The notes beneath the pieces are model-generated. The model worked only from the letters and a program-made list of their open reading frames with translations. It was not told the DNA's origin and did no database searches. Positions 8,418 through 18,859 of a DNA stretch of 64,000 bases are shown here, one piece after another (position 1 is the first letter of the stretch; each line of letters opens with the position of its first letter). Source of the stretch: an uncultured Staphylococcaceae bacterium (GTDB lineage Bacteria; Bacillota_I; Bacilli_A; RFN20; CAG-826). A program made the translations under genes and the position numbers. The stretch is from positions 1,574-65,573 of the forward strand of contig CAYMRJ010000002.1 in NCBI GenBank assembly GCA_964392865.1, given 5' to 3'.

Positions 8418-9277
8418 CCATGGATTGGGGTATCCTTTTGGTCGATAAGAAAGAGGGCCTTTCCTCTCGGCGGATCGACAATCTCGCCATGAAGAAGACC
8501 GGCATCTCGAAATGTGGCCATCTCGGGACTCTAGACCCTTTTGCGACCGGCCTTTTGGTCCTGGCCCTCGGCAAGGCCACGAAGCTTTTGCCGTATCTCG
8601 ATTCCACTACCAAGTCATACATCGCCTGCCTCCATTTGGGAGAGAAGAAAGATACGGGGGATCTGACGGGCAAAACCGTTGCAGAAAGCCCGGTTCCCGA
8701 GTTCGAAACGGCGCAAATCTCCGCAATTCTTGATTCTTTCTTGGGGAAATCCCTGCAGATTCCGCCTTCCTTTAGCGCCCTCAAGATCGATGGCCGCGAG
8801 GCCTATAAACTCGCAAGGCAAGGCCAGGAAGTAGACCTGAAACCCAGGGAGATCGAGATAACTTCCATCCATCTGATTTCCTATGATCCGAAGACTCAGG
8901 ATTTAGTCTTTACTTGCACCGTTAGTAGCGGCACCTACATCCGCACCTTGGGCGAAGACATCGCCGCTAAACTAGGAACGGTCGGATACCTAAGCGCCCT
9001 CCGGCGCCTCTCGGTCGGGCCCTTCTTGGTCGCCAATGCGAAAGACATCGATGAGATAACCAAGGACGACCTCTTGGATCCCTTGCTCTACATCCGCGGG
9101 ATGAAGCATGTCGAGATCGACGAAGGGCAGATCAAAGACGTCAAAAACGGAATGCCTCTCGATATCCATAACGACTACGGAGAGAAGATCTTCGTTTGCT
9201 TTAAGGGCGAGGCCCTCGCCGTCTATAAGAAGAAAGAAGGCAGCCTCTATTCCTGCGAAAGGGGCCTTTGGGCATGA
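8411..9277 (+). CDS. truB: tRNA pseudouridine(55) synthase
   Basis: GHLGTLDPFATGLLVLALGKATK catalytic Asp motif. Length ~288 aa. An alternative start at 8420 (MDWGILLVDK) is possible. Confidence 0.95.
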   Translation: MPSMDWGILLVDKKEGLSSRRIDNLAMKKTGISKCGHLGTLDPFATGLLVLALGKATKLLPYLDSTTKSYIACLHLGEKKDTGDLTGKTVAESPVPEFETAQISAILDSFLGKSLQIPPSFSALKIDGREAYKLARQGQEVDLKPREIEITSIHLISYDPKTQDLVFTCTVSSGTYIRTLGEDIAAKLGTVGYLSALRRLSVGPFLVANAKDIDEITKDDLLDPLLYIRGMKHVEIDEGQIKDVKNGMPLDIHNDYGEKIFVCFKGEALAVYKKKEGSLYSCERGLWA

Positions 9278-10173
9278 AGGTCATCCATATCGCTTATGGG
9301 GATGGTATCCCCAAGATCGAAGGGAAGGCCGCTTTGGCCCTCGGCTATTTCGACGGGATGCACCGCGGGCATCAGGCTTTACTTAGTACCGCCCGCTCCT
9401 ACGACGGCGAATACGGAGCCTTGCTCCATGACGTATCGCCTCGAAGCATCCTCAAAGGCCAAGATGAAGTCCTCTGCGCCTTGGAAGATAAACTTAGGAT
9501 CCTCGAGAAACTCGATGCCTCATTTGCCTACGTTTTGAAGACCGATGAAGCTTTGCTTCAGGTCATTGCGGAAGAATACGAGAAGAACGTCATCGATTTG
9601 ATCGCTCCAAGCAAGCTCTATGTAGGCTCCGACTTTACCTATGGGCTGAAAGCCCAAGGCAATGCCGAAACCCTGAAGGCGAGGCACGATGTCGAAGTCA
9701 TCGCCCTCCTCGAAGAAGGCGGGGAGAAGATAAGCTCGACTTCGATCAGGGAAGCCCTGACGAGAGGCGATATCGAAAAGGCCAACCGCTTCTTGGGCAG
9801 ACCCTACGAGATGAAAGGCACCGTTGCCGAAGGCTTCAAGAACGGGAGGAAGATCGGCTTTCCGACCGCGAACCTCCAAACAGAATTTCCTTATATCCTT
9901 CCCAAAACCGGCGTTTATTACGGAATCTGCTATTCAAGGGGAAGGCCCTATCCCTCGATCATCAATGTCGGGAATAATCCGACGGTCGGGAAGCTCGATA
10001 AGCCATTGGTCGAATGCCATCTCGACGGACTAAAGGACGAGATATACGGGGAAACCCTCTACGTCGATTTCCTCGGATATATCCGAGACGAAAAGAAATT
10101 CTCCTCTCTGGAGGAGTTGGGAAATCAACTTAGGGAAGACCTAAGCGAAATGAAAAAGCGAATGGGAGCTTAG
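9274..10173 (+). CDS. ribF: Bifunctional riboflavin kinase / FAD synthetase
   Basis: ALGYFDGMHRGHQAL in the N-terminal adenylyltransferase part. C-terminal kinase motifs GRKIGFPTANL and ECHL. ATGA overlap with the truB stop. Confidence 0.95.
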   Translation: MKVIHIAYGDGIPKIEGKAALALGYFDGMHRGHQALLSTARSYDGEYGALLHDVSPRSILKGQDEVLCALEDKLRILEKLDASFAYVLKTDEALLQVIAEEYEKNVIDLIAPSKLYVGSDFTYGLKAQGNAETLKARHDVEVIALLEEGGEKISSTSIREALTRGDIEKANRFLGRPYEMKGTVAEGFKNGRKIGFPTANLQTEFPYILPKTGVYYGICYSRGRPYPSIINVGNNPTVGKLDKPLVECHLDGLKDEIYGETLYVDFLGYIRDEKKFSSLEELGNQLREDLSEMKKRMGA

Positions 10174-12002
10174 TTCCCTTCCGCTTCCTTCCGCTTCTTC
10201 GAGTCGAATTTCTTTCTTTCGGCCGTATCGAGGATCTTCTTCCTCATCCTGATGGCCTCGGGAGTTACTTCAACCAATTCATCGAAGTTGATGTAATCGA
10301 GGCACTGCTCGAGGCTCATCTTGCGGGGAGCCTTGAGGACGACCGTCATATCGGCGTGGGCGCTTCGGATATTGGTCTGGGGTTTGAGGGCCGTGCAATT
10401 GACGGCCAGATCGTTCGGGTAGCGGTGCTCCCCGACGATCATGCCTTCGTAGCAGGTCTCCCCGGGAGAAATGAACATCGTCCCGTGGTCTTCGACCTTC
10501 TCGATGGCGTAAGGCGTCGCCGGTCCCTTATCGACGGAGACGAGAACCCCGATATTCCTTTCGCCCAAGGTTTTGCCGAACAAAGGACGGTATTCCTTGA
10601 AGGAATGGTTCATGATCCCGTAGCCACGGGTCAAAGCAAGGAAGTTGTTCGAAAAGCCGATGAGGCCGCGGCTAGGGATGACATAGGTCAGATGGGCGCT
10701 TATTCCGTTATCGTCCATATCGAGGAGTTCGGAGCCCCTGGAACCCAATATTTCCATGATGGTCCCGGTATATTCGCTCGGAACGTCGATCCTTAGGTCT
10801 TCGTAAGGCTCGCACATGACGCCGTCTATTTCCTTGGTGATGGCCCGGGGCTTACCGACTTCGAATTCGTAGCCTTCGCGCCTCATGTTCTCGATGAGGA
10901 TGCCTAAATGCAGTTCGCCCCTCCCGGAGACGATCCAGGTCTCGCTATTGGGGATGCGCTCATAAGCAAGGGAGACGTCCCTTTCGACTTCCTGGCGCAA
11001 TCTTTCTTCGATGAGCCTGGCGGTCACGAACTTGCCTTCCTGGCCCCTAAGGGGAGAAGAGTTCGTCCCGAACTCCATCTGAAGGGTCGGCTCGTCGATC
11101 CTTAGGCGCGGAAGGGGATCGTCGATCCCTTCCTTGCAGACGGTATCGCCGACGCTGAGATCATCGATGCCCGAAAGGGCGCAGATATCGCCGCACACCA
11201 CTTCCTTGGCCTCGACCTTCTGCATGCCGCTATAGGTATATAGCTTCATGGCCTTGAAGGACTTCTTGCTATTGTCTTTGCGGATATCCCAAAGGGCGTC
11301 GCCCGTTTTGACGGACCCTTTCCTGACCGTCCCGATCCCGATGCGGCCGAGGAAGTCCGAATAGTCGAGTAGGGCGGGCTGCCACTGGAAATCGCCGCTC
11401 GGATCGCAGATCGGGGCCGGCATTTCCCTGATGATGGCATCTAGTAGCAATGACATACCCGGTTCCTGGGTCTTAACGTCGGGGGAGAGGGAACAGGTAT
11501 CGTTTAAGGCCGAGCAATAGACGATGGGGAAGTCGAGGTATTCCTCGGGAGCGCCCAGTTCGATCAAAAGATCGAGGACTTCGTCCACGGCCTTCTTGCT
11601 ATCGGCGTTGGCCCTATCGACCTTGTTCACGACGACCAGCGGCTTGATATGGTTTTCCAAGGCGTTTTTCAAAACGAAGCGCGTCTGGGGCATGACCCCT
11701 TCAAGGGCATCGACCAATAGGAGGCAGCCATCCACCATATGCATGATGCGTTCGACCTCGCCCCCGAAGTCGGCGTGCCCCGGGGTATCGACGATGTTGA
11801 TCTTCGTATCCTTCCAGAACAAAGAAGCGACCTTGGCAAGGATGGTAATGCCCCTTTCGTGCTCGAGGGGATTGCTATCCAAGATGCGGTCGGCGATCTC
11901 TTCGCCTTCCCGGAAGGCATGGCTGCTTTTCAGCAAGGCGTTTACGAGGGTCGTCTTCCCGTGGTCGACGTGGGCGATGATGGCGATGTTGCGGATATCC
12001 AT
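10170..12002 (-). CDS. typA: Translational GTPase TypA/BipA
   Basis: IRNIAIIAHVDHGKTTL, DTPGHADFGGEV and NKVDR G-motifs, with BipA-type domain order. The start was chosen at MDIRN (12002) rather than the ORF-track start at 12062. Confidence 0.95.
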   Translation of the reverse strand: MDIRNIAIIAHVDHGKTTLVNALLKSSHAFREGEEIADRILDSNPLEHERGITILAKVASLFWKDTKINIVDTPGHADFGGEVERIMHMVDGCLLLVDALEGVMPQTRFVLKNALENHIKPLVVVNKVDRANADSKKAVDEVLDLLIELGAPEEYLDFPIVYCSALNDTCSLSPDVKTQEPGMSLLLDAIIREMPAPICDPSGDFQWQPALLDYSDFLGRIGIGTVRKGSVKTGDALWDIRKDNSKKSFKAMKLYTYSGMQKVEAKEVVCGDICALSGIDDLSVGDTVCKEGIDDPLPRLRIDEPTLQMEFGTNSSPLRGQEGKFVTARLIEERLRQEVERDVSLAYERIPNSETWIVSGRGELHLGILIENMRREGYEFEVGKPRAITKEIDGVMCEPYEDLRIDVPSEYTGTIMEILGSRGSELLDMDDNGISAHLTYVIPSRGLIGFSNNFLALTRGYGIMNHSFKEYRPLFGKTLGERNIGVLVSVDKGPATPYAIEKVEDHGTMFISPGETCYEGMIVGEHRYPNDLAVNCTALKPQTNIRSAHADMTVVLKAPRKMSLEQCLDYINFDELVEVTPEAIRMRKKILDTAERKKFDSKKRKEAEGN

Positions 12003-12080
12003 AATAAAAAACCGTTGGCAAATATAAGCCCCTGAACCCATGGGTTCAAGGGCCGATGCCAACGGGCCGGCCTAATGGGC

Positions 12081-12329
12081 TCAGTCGGCGCAGAAAAGGA
12101 GGATGCCGCCGATGAGGCTCACGAATAGCAGGAAGACGACCTTGAAGCCGGTCGAGAGGCCGAGGCCGTAGGTGCTCTTGGCGACCTTGACCGTGCAGGG
12201 GATGGCCCAGCAAAGGGGAATGAGCCAGCAGATGCCAAGCAAGGCCGAGCCAGCGGCAAACCAAACGATGGCGAGGATGACATTCACGATCATCCCGAGG
12301 ATGGAGAAGACTATCGCTGCGGTTTTCAT
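12081..12329 (-). CDS. Small integral membrane protein (82 aa), unknown function
   Basis: Three hydrophobic segments. No recognised motif. Confidence 0.5.
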   Translation of the reverse strand: MKTAAIVFSILGMIVNVILAIVWFAAGSALLGICWLIPLCWAIPCTVKVAKSTYGLGLSTGFKVVFLLFVSLIGGILLFCAD

Positions 12330-12497
12330 GAGCCTAGCCTACAGAAGCGAGTTTTTTTTCAAGAGGGAAAACAAACGCTTCCTTAAGGAAGGGCTTGTGG
12401 TGTATATTTCGCCTTGCGACTTACCCTTTGGCCCGCCCTATTCTCCTAGGACGCCCCATTGGCTAGGCCTAGTCACCAAATAAGGAGAAACAAGAAA

Positions 12498-12767
12498 ATG
12501 GCCCTAAGCAAAGAAAAGACCGCCGCCATCGTCAAGAAGTTCGGAAAAGACGGCAAGGACACCGGTAGCAGTGCCGTCCAGATCGCCATCCTCACCGAGA
12601 GGATCAAGGAACTGACCGAGCACCTCAAGAACAACGGGCAGGACGCCAATGCCAGGCGCGCCCTCCTCGCCCTCGTCGGGCAGCGCCGCAGTCTGCTCAG
12701 CTACCTCAGCCGCACCGACCGCGACGAATACCTGAAGGTCATCGAAGCCCTCGGGATCCGCAAGTAA
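12498..12767 (+). CDS. rpsO: 30S ribosomal protein S15
   Basis: MALSKEKTAAIVKKFG...TGSSAVQIAILTERIKELTEHLK. SD AAGGAG at 12482-12487. Confidence 0.95.
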   Translation: MALSKEKTAAIVKKFGKDGKDTGSSAVQIAILTERIKELTEHLKNNGQDANARRALLALVGQRRSLLSYLSRTDRDEYLKVIEALGIRK

Positions 12768-12778
12768 AAGCGGAACTT

Positions 12779-12799
12779 AGCCCCTTAGGGGGCTTTTTT
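12779..12799 (+). terminator. rpsO terminator
   Basis: AGCCCC-TTAG-GGGGCT hairpin followed by TTTTT. Confidence 0.75.
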
Positions 12800-12879
12800 G
12801 TTGGAAATCGGATAATCGATAGGCTATCGCTGTGCTAAGATAGCCGCGTTGAAATAAGGAAAAAAAGAAAAGCGAAGCA

Positions 12880-15087
12880 ATGAAAAAGACATTCGAAACC
12901 GAATTCGCCGGCCGCAAATTGACCGTCGAAACCGGCGAAATCGCCAAGCAGGCCGACGGGGCCGTCTTGGTCCGCTTCGGCGACACGGTCGTCCTTTCGA
13001 CGGCCTGCTGCGCCGATAAGCCGAAGGAGGGCGATTTCTTCCCCCTCACCGTCAATTACGAAGAAAAGCAGTACTCCGTGGGCAAGATCCCCGGGAGTTT
13101 CCTTCGCCGCGAAGGGCGCCCCGGCGAGCACGCCACGCTAAGTGCCCGCCTCATCGATAGGCCCATCCGTCCCTTGTTCGCGGACGGCTTCAGGAACGAA
13201 GTCCAGATCGTCAATACCGTCATGTCGGTCGATAGGGACAACACCCCCGAAATGACCGGGATGCTCGGTTCCTCCTTGGCCCTTTGCATCAGTGACATCC
13301 CCTTCGAAGGGCCCGTCGCCGGCGTCTACGTCGGCCGCGTCGACGGGAAGCTCATCATCGATCCGACCGAAGAAGAAGCCAAACTTAGCGACATCAGCCT
13401 CGCCGTCGCCGGGACCAAGGACGCCATCATGATGGTCGAAAGCAGCGCCAAGGAAGTCCCCGACGAAGAGATGCTCGACGCCATCATGTTCGGGCACGAG
13501 GCCATCAAAGAGCTTTGCGCCTTCGAAGAAAAGATCATCGAGGCCGTCGGCAAGGAAAAGCGCGAAATCGAACTCTATGCCCCGGATCCCGAGATCAAGA
13601 AGGACATCTATGACCGCATCGGCGCCAAGATGGTCAAGGCCATCTCCATCTTCGATAAGCTCGAGCGGCAAGACGCCATCGACACTTTGAAGGCCGAAAT
13701 CACCGAAGATTACGAGAATAGGGCCTACGAAAGCGACAAGGCCAAGAACAAGACCATGATGATGGTCGGCGATATCTTGGAGCAGATGGTCGCCGATGAA
13801 GTCAGGCGCCTCATCACCGAAGAAAAGATCCGCCCGGACGGCCGCAAGGTCGACGAAATCCGTCCCCTCGACGTCCAAATCGATCTCCTCCCGCGCGCCC
13901 ATGGCTCGGCCATGTTCACCCGCGGCCAGACCCAGGTCATCGGGACGACGACCCTCGGGCCCCTTAGCGATGCCCAGATCATCGATAATCTCACGAGCGA
14001 AGAAAACCGCTACTTCATGCACCATTACAATTTCCCGCCCTTCTCGGTCGGCGAAATCGGGCGCATGGGGTCTCCGGGCCGCCGCGAAATCGGCCACGGG
14101 GCCTTGGGCGAAAAGGCCCTTAGCGGCGTTCTTCCTAGCTTGGAGGAATTCCCCTACACCATCCGCTGCGTCGCCGACGTCGTTGAATCGAATGGTTCCT
14201 CGTCCCAGGCTTCGATCTGCGCCAACTGCCTCTCTCTTATGGCGGCCGGCGTCCCCATCAAGAACATGGTGAGCGGAATCGCCATGGGCCTAATCTCTAG
14301 CGGCCCGCTCGACGGGAAGCATCCTTATACCATCCTTACCGACATCCAAGGCCTCGAAGACCACTTCGGGGACATGGACTTCAAGGTGGCCGGGACCGTC
14401 AAAGGCGTCACGGCCCTCCAGATGGACATCAAGATCCACGGCGTGACCCGCGAAGTCCTCTCGGAAGCCCTGGCCCAGGCCAATAAGGCCAGGACCGAGA
14501 TCCGCGAGGCCATGGCCAAGGTCATCGCCGAACCCAGGAAGGAAGTTAGCAAGTACGCTCCGAAGATGACGACCTTCAACATCGATCCCGACAAGATCAG
14601 GGAAGTCATCGGGACCGGCGGCAAGGTCATCAACGACATCATCGCCCGCTGCGACGGGGTCAAGATCGACGTCGAAGACGACGGCAAGGTCACCATTTAC
14701 CACACCGACCGCGAGATGATCGATAAGGCCAAAGCCATCATCGACGACATCGTCCGCGAGGCCAAGATCGGCGAGATCTTCGAAGGGACCATCAACCGCG
14801 TCGAGGATTACGGGGCCTTCGTGAACCTCTTCGGCGATACCGACGGGCTCTGCCACGTTTCGCGCCTGGATTGGAACTACGTCGACAATGCCAACGACAT
14901 CTGCAAGGTCGGCGATAAGCTGAAAGTCGTCGTCATCGGCATCGAAGAAGGCAAGGTCAAGGTCAGCCACCGCGAATTCCTCCCGAAGCCCGAAGGCTAT
15001 GTCGAGCGCCCCGAAAGAGGCGCTAGCAAGGGCGGGAAGGGCAACTTCCGCAGCCACGGCGGTAGCGACCGCAAATTCCATAAGTAA
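12880..15087 (+). CDS. pnp: Polyribonucleotide nucleotidyltransferase (PNPase)
   Basis: Two RNase PH domains plus KH and S1 ([15 protein letters not shown]). 735 aa. Confidence 0.97.
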   Translation: MKKTFETEFAGRKLTVETGEIAKQADGAVLVRFGDTVVLSTACCADKPKEGDFFPLTVNYEEKQYSVGKIPGSFLRREGRPGEHATLSARLIDRPIRPLFADGFRNEVQIVNTVMSVDRDNTPEMTGMLGSSLALCISDIPFEGPVAGVYVGRVDGKLIIDPTEEEAKLSDISLAVAGTKDAIMMVESSAKEVPDEEMLDAIMFGHEAIKELCAFEEKIIEAVGKEKREIELYAPDPEIKKDIYDRIGAKMVKAISIFDKLERQDAIDTLKAEITEDYENRAYESDKAKNKTMMMVGDILEQMVADEVRRLITEEKIRPDGRKVDEIRPLDVQIDLLPRAHGSAMFTRGQTQVIGTTTLGPLSDAQIIDNLTSEENRYFMHHYNFPPFSVGEIGRMGSPGRREIGHGALGEKALSGVLPSLEEFPYTIRCVADVVESNGSSSQASICANCLSLMAAGVPIKNMVSGIAMGLISSGPLDGKHPYTILTDIQGLEDHFGDMDFKVAGTVKGVTALQMDIKIHGVTREVLSEALAQANKARTEIREAMAKVIAEPRKEVSKYAPKMTTFNIDPDKIREVIGTGGKVINDIIARCDGVKIDVEDDGKVTIYHTDREMIDKAKAIIDDIVREAKIGEIFEGTINRVEDYGAFVNLFGDTDGLCHVSRLDWNYVDNANDICKVGDKLKVVVIGIEEGKVKVSHREFLPKPEGYVERPERGASKGGKGNFRSHGGSDRKFHK

Positions 15088-15105
15088 AAGCCACTAAATG
15101 GATAG

Positions 15106-15127
15106 GGCCGGCAAGCGCCGGCCTTTT
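15106..15127 (+). terminator. pnp terminator
   Basis: GGCCGGC-AAGC-GCCGGCC hairpin followed by TTTT. Confidence 0.7.
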
Positions 15128-15158
15128 CCGTTTCCGGCCTTTTGCTTAATATTTAGGC

Positions 15159-16592
15159 GTGCTTGATCTCCTCATCGTCGGCGGAGGCGTCCTCGGCGCC
15201 TTCTTGGCCCGGGAATTTTCCTTTTACGAAGGCAGTTGCCTCGTTTTGGAAAAGGAAAACGACGTTTGCAATGGGGCTTCGGGCGCCAATAGCGGCATCG
15301 TCCATAGCGGCTACGATCCAAAACCCGGGACCCTCAAAGCCAAATACAACAAGCTCGGCAGGGAGATGTTTCCTTCCCTCTGCAAGGAACTGGGTATTCC
15401 TTTTATTCAACGCGGTTCCTTGACCGTTGCTCTGAAAGAGCAAGGGACCGAAACCCTTTATGAATTACTAGAAAGGGCAAAGCAGAACTGCGTCGAGGCG
15501 AGGATCGTCGAGGGCGAGGAACTTAGGGCGATGGAACCCAATCTCAGCGAAGATGCGGTCGCCGCCCTATATTGCCCGGATGCCGGAATCGTCGATCCCT
15601 TCCTTTTGACGGCGAGGGCGATGGAAGACGCGATCGACAATGGAGTGGAACTCCATTTGGACGAAGAAGCCCTAAGCATCGCCTATGAAGATGGCCGCTA
15701 CATTGTAAAGACGAGCCTTGGCGAATACGAAGCCAGAACCGTCGTCGTGGCGGCCGGGGCCTATACGGAAAAAATCATCAAAACTATCGGGATGGAAGGC
15801 TACGGAAGCTATCTGAAGAAGGGCAATTACTACGTCTTGGAGAAGACGGCCAAGCCCGTTAGCCGGACGGTTTTCCCGCTTCCGAGCCAAAAAGGGAAGG
15901 GGATTTTGATCACTCCCACGACCATGGGAGCCTATTTGGTCGGGCCCGATGCCGTCGAGCACGGGGATTTGGATGATGTAGGCACCGAGCTTAATAGCCT
16001 CGAAGCCATCATGGAAGGAGCCAGGAAGCTCGTTCCGATGGTTTCGCCGTCGATGGGGATCCGCGTCTATGCCGGCAATAGGAGTTCCTGCTGGGGCGGC
16101 GATTTCATCATCGGCGAAAAGGAAGACCTTCCTGGCTTCGTTTATCTTGGCGGCATCGATTCGCCGGGCTTAACGGCCGCCCCGGCCTTGGCCAAGGACG
16201 TCATAAGGAACAAAATCGCCCCATACCTTAGTTTGAAACCGAATGACATATCAAAAAGGATAAGGACGGATTACGTTTACCCGAATTCTCTTCCAAAGGA
16301 AGAGCGGGATGCTTTGTTCGCAAGGGACGGGCGCTACGCCCATATCCTTTGCTCCTGCGAAAAGGTAAGCCTCGGAGAAGTGGAGGATGTCCTTCATAGC
16401 AGCCTTCCTTGCCTTTCGGTCAAAGCCTTGAAGAAAAGGACGGGAGCCGGCTTCGGGAAATGCCAAGGCGGCTTCTGCATGGCCTCGGTCCTTCCTTATC
16501 TATCCGAGTCCATGGGGATAAGCGAAGGGGAAGTCCCTTACGATAGGCCCGGTAGCCAGATATCCATGAAGGAGATACGCGATGGCGATTAA
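15159..16592 (+). CDS. FAD-dependent oxidoreductase, GlpA/glycerol-3-phosphate dehydrogenase-like, with C-terminal BFD-like [2Fe-2S] domain
   Basis: GTG start. N-terminal dinucleotide fold LLIVGGGVLGAFLA. C-terminal CSCEKVSLGEVEDV...KCQGGFC. Confidence 0.8.
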   Translation: MLDLLIVGGGVLGAFLAREFSFYEGSCLVLEKENDVCNGASGANSGIVHSGYDPKPGTLKAKYNKLGREMFPSLCKELGIPFIQRGSLTVALKEQGTETLYELLERAKQNCVEARIVEGEELRAMEPNLSEDAVAALYCPDAGIVDPFLLTARAMEDAIDNGVELHLDEEALSIAYEDGRYIVKTSLGEYEARTVVVAAGAYTEKIIKTIGMEGYGSYLKKGNYYVLEKTAKPVSRTVFPLPSQKGKGILITPTTMGAYLVGPDAVEHGDLDDVGTELNSLEAIMEGARKLVPMVSPSMGIRVYAGNRSSCWGGDFIIGEKEDLPGFVYLGGIDSPGLTAAPALAKDVIRNKIAPYLSLKPNDISKRIRTDYVYPNSLPKEERDALFARDGRYAHILCSCEKVSLGEVEDVLHSSLPCLSVKALKKRTGAGFGKCQGGFCMASVLPYLSESMGISEGEVPYDRPGSQISMKEIRDGD

Positions 16593-17838
16593 GAAGGTCG
16601 ATGTCGCGATCATCGGGGCCGGGGCCGCCGGCCTCGGCGCGGCCAAAGCCGCAGCCGAGAAGGGCGCATCCGTTTTGGTCATCGAAAGAAGGGAATATCT
16701 CGGCGGCATCTTGCCCCAGTGCATCCATAACGGCTTCGGGCTCGAACTCTATAAGGAAGAGCTTACCGGGCCGGAGATGGCTTATAGGCTCGTCGAGGAC
16801 CTCGAAGGCCTCGGGGTCGAGATTTGGACCGAAACCTATGTTTCTTCGATCGATCCGTCCCTCAAACTCGTTTGCCTTAGCGAAGAGAGGGGAGAAGTGA
16901 CCGTTGAGGCCAAGGCCATTGTCTATGCGGCCGGCTCCTGGGAAAGGACGGCGGGTTCGATCGGACTTGCCGGAGACCGCCCAGGAGGTATATATCCGGC
17001 CGGGGAAGCCCAACTGCTTTTGAATATTAAAGGACACCTTGTCGGGAAGAAGATCTTCATTTTGGGAAGCGGCGACGTCGGTCTCATCATGGCCCGGCGC
17101 TTCAGTTTGGAAGGGGCCGAGGTCGTGGCTGTTGCCGAACGGAACAGCTATCTCGGAGGCCTAGCCAGGAACAAGGCCCAGTGCTTAGACGATTTCGGGA
17201 TCCCTTTGCTACTCAGCACGACCGTCAAGGAAGCGATAGGGAAGGAGAGGGTCGAGGCCGTCATTACGGCAAAAGTTGATGAGAAAGGAAACTTTATTCC
17301 CGGCACAGAGAAGAAGTGGGATATCGATTGCCTGATACTTTCCGTTGGGCTTGCGCCTTATGTTACTTTGCTAAAAGAGATCGGTTTGGAAATCGGGCTC
17401 AATAAAGGTCCATTGGTCGATGATTCTCTTATGACAAAGGTCCCAGGCCTATTCGCCGCGGGCAATAGCCTCCATATCCACGACCTTGCCGATATGGCAT
17501 ACCAGGAAGGGAAGAAAGCCGGAACCGCGGCTGCTGAATTTAGCCAAAGAAAGCGTTTTGCCGGGAAGGAAATCCAAGTCAATGCGGGTCAGGGTATCTC
17601 TTATGTGGTGCCCTCGAAGCTTGGCTATAACAGGGAAAGAGAGTATGAAATCAAGTTCCGGGTTAGAAGACCTGCCAAGGATTCGACCCTTTTGATAAGC
17701 CAAAATGGGAAGGTAATCAAAAAGTTGTTTAAACTATTCTGGCTACCTGCTGATATGGAAAATATCGCTATTAACGGAAAATTACTAGAAAACGACTATA
17801 GCCCCATTGCGGTTTCTTTGGCGGAGGGCCGTTTATGA
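16582..17838 (+). CDS. NAD(P)/FAD-dependent (pyridine nucleotide-disulfide family) oxidoreductase
   Basis: VAIIGAGAAGLGAA and ILGSGDVGLIMA double Rossmann motifs. Overlaps both neighbours, as in the three-gene glpA-like clusters. Confidence 0.75.
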   Translation: MAIKKVDVAIIGAGAAGLGAAKAAAEKGASVLVIERREYLGGILPQCIHNGFGLELYKEELTGPEMAYRLVEDLEGLGVEIWTETYVSSIDPSLKLVCLSEERGEVTVEAKAIVYAAGSWERTAGSIGLAGDRPGGIYPAGEAQLLLNIKGHLVGKKIFILGSGDVGLIMARRFSLEGAEVVAVAERNSYLGGLARNKAQCLDDFGIPLLLSTTVKEAIGKERVEAVITAKVDEKGNFIPGTEKKWDIDCLILSVGLAPYVTLLKEIGLEIGLNKGPLVDDSLMTKVPGLFAAGNSLHIHDLADMAYQEGKKAGTAAAEFSQRKRFAGKEIQVNAGQGISYVVPSKLGYNREREYEIKFRVRRPAKDSTLLISQNGKVIKKLFKLFWLPADMENIAINGKLLENDYSPIAVSLAEGRL

Positions 17839-18188
17839 AGCCGATGGATCTTACGTGCATCCTTTGCCCGCGGGGCTGTCGTCTTCATGTCGATGAGCAA
17901 CTCAACGTCACTGGGAATTTTTGTCCGCGCGGCAAAACCTATGCCATTCAGGAAGCCAGTGATCCGAGGCGGACATTGACGAGTGTCGTTAAGGTCGTGG
18001 GCGGCACCGCCTCCATTTGCCCCGTCAAAACGAAGGAGCCTATCCCTAAAGGCCTGATTGGGGCGGCAATGGAACAAATTAAGAACATCGAGGTTCAGGC
18101 ACCGGTTAAATTCAACCAAGTGATCGATGAAAATATCGCGGGCACAGGTATACAGCTCATAACTACTTTAAATATTGAGGCCAAATAA
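17835..18188 (+). CDS. DUF1667 domain protein (third subunit of the oxidoreductase cluster)
   Basis: CILCPRGCRLHV...GNFCPRGKTY Cys motifs. 117 aa. Confidence 0.75.
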   Translation: MKPMDLTCILCPRGCRLHVDEQLNVTGNFCPRGKTYAIQEASDPRRTLTSVVKVVGGTASICPVKTKEPIPKGLIGAAMEQIKNIEVQAPVKFNQVIDENIAGTGIQLITTLNIEAK

Positions 18189-18736
18189 TGGATGAGACCA
18201 ATCTGATCTTAGTCGCAAGCGACATACACGGAAGGGTAAATGCTGCCCGGAAGCTTATAGAAAAGATTAAAGAAGTTAAACCTGATGAAGTATGGCTTCT
18301 CGGCGATTTCATGTACAACGGGCCCCGCAATGGCGTCCCCGACGACTATGAGCCGATGGAAGTCTGCAAGCTTCTCTCAAGCATCGAGCAGCCGATTCGC
18401 GCCGTATGCGGCAATTGCGATTCCAGGGTTGATGCTATGCTTCTTCCATTTGATATCCCCAACAATATTAAAGTTACGGTTTTCGGCAAAGCGTTCGGAC
18501 TCTTCCACGGGGATTTGCCCTTTCCTGATGGTGAGGATCTGGATGCGCTTGTCAGCGGGCATACCCATATTCCTGTCTGCACGTACGAAGACGGCAAATA
18601 TTTCCTCAATCCCGGTTCCGTCGCTTTTCCCAAGGGCGGCTATCCGGCAAGCTATGCCTTGATTTGCGAAAAAGGCATGAAGGTCCTTTCCCTCGTTTCC
18701 AACGAAGAAATACTTTCCTGTCCTTTCGCCATTTGA
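18188..18736 (+). CDS. YfcE/MJ0936-family metallophosphoesterase
   Basis: ASDIHGR, GDFMYNGP, GNCDS, HGD and GHTHIP motifs. Confidence 0.75.
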   Translation: MDETNLILVASDIHGRVNAARKLIEKIKEVKPDEVWLLGDFMYNGPRNGVPDDYEPMEVCKLLSSIEQPIRAVCGNCDSRVDAMLLPFDIPNNIKVTVFGKAFGLFHGDLPFPDGEDLDALVSGHTHIPVCTYEDGKYFLNPGSVAFPKGGYPASYALICEKGMKVLSLVSNEEILSCPFAI

Positions 18737-18859
18737 TTTTTGAATCACCTTTTCTTCCGAAATTAGCGTCTTTTTCCTGCTTGCTTTGGCACAATTCATG
18801 TACAATAAGTGTGAACTCAGACGAAAAATACGTTTGAACTCTGAAAAGGAGGGTAGAAA

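Noticed and set aside
12003-12062. N-terminal extensions given by the ORF track for typA (12062), rpsO (12459), rnj (23093), pdp (32649), lepA (51836), the ligase (48605), the membrane protein (62398) and the TM2 protein (63379).
   Set aside because: The internal ATG starts align with the conserved N-termini of these families. In several cases they follow an SD or the upstream gene's terminator. The extensions have no homology-like content.
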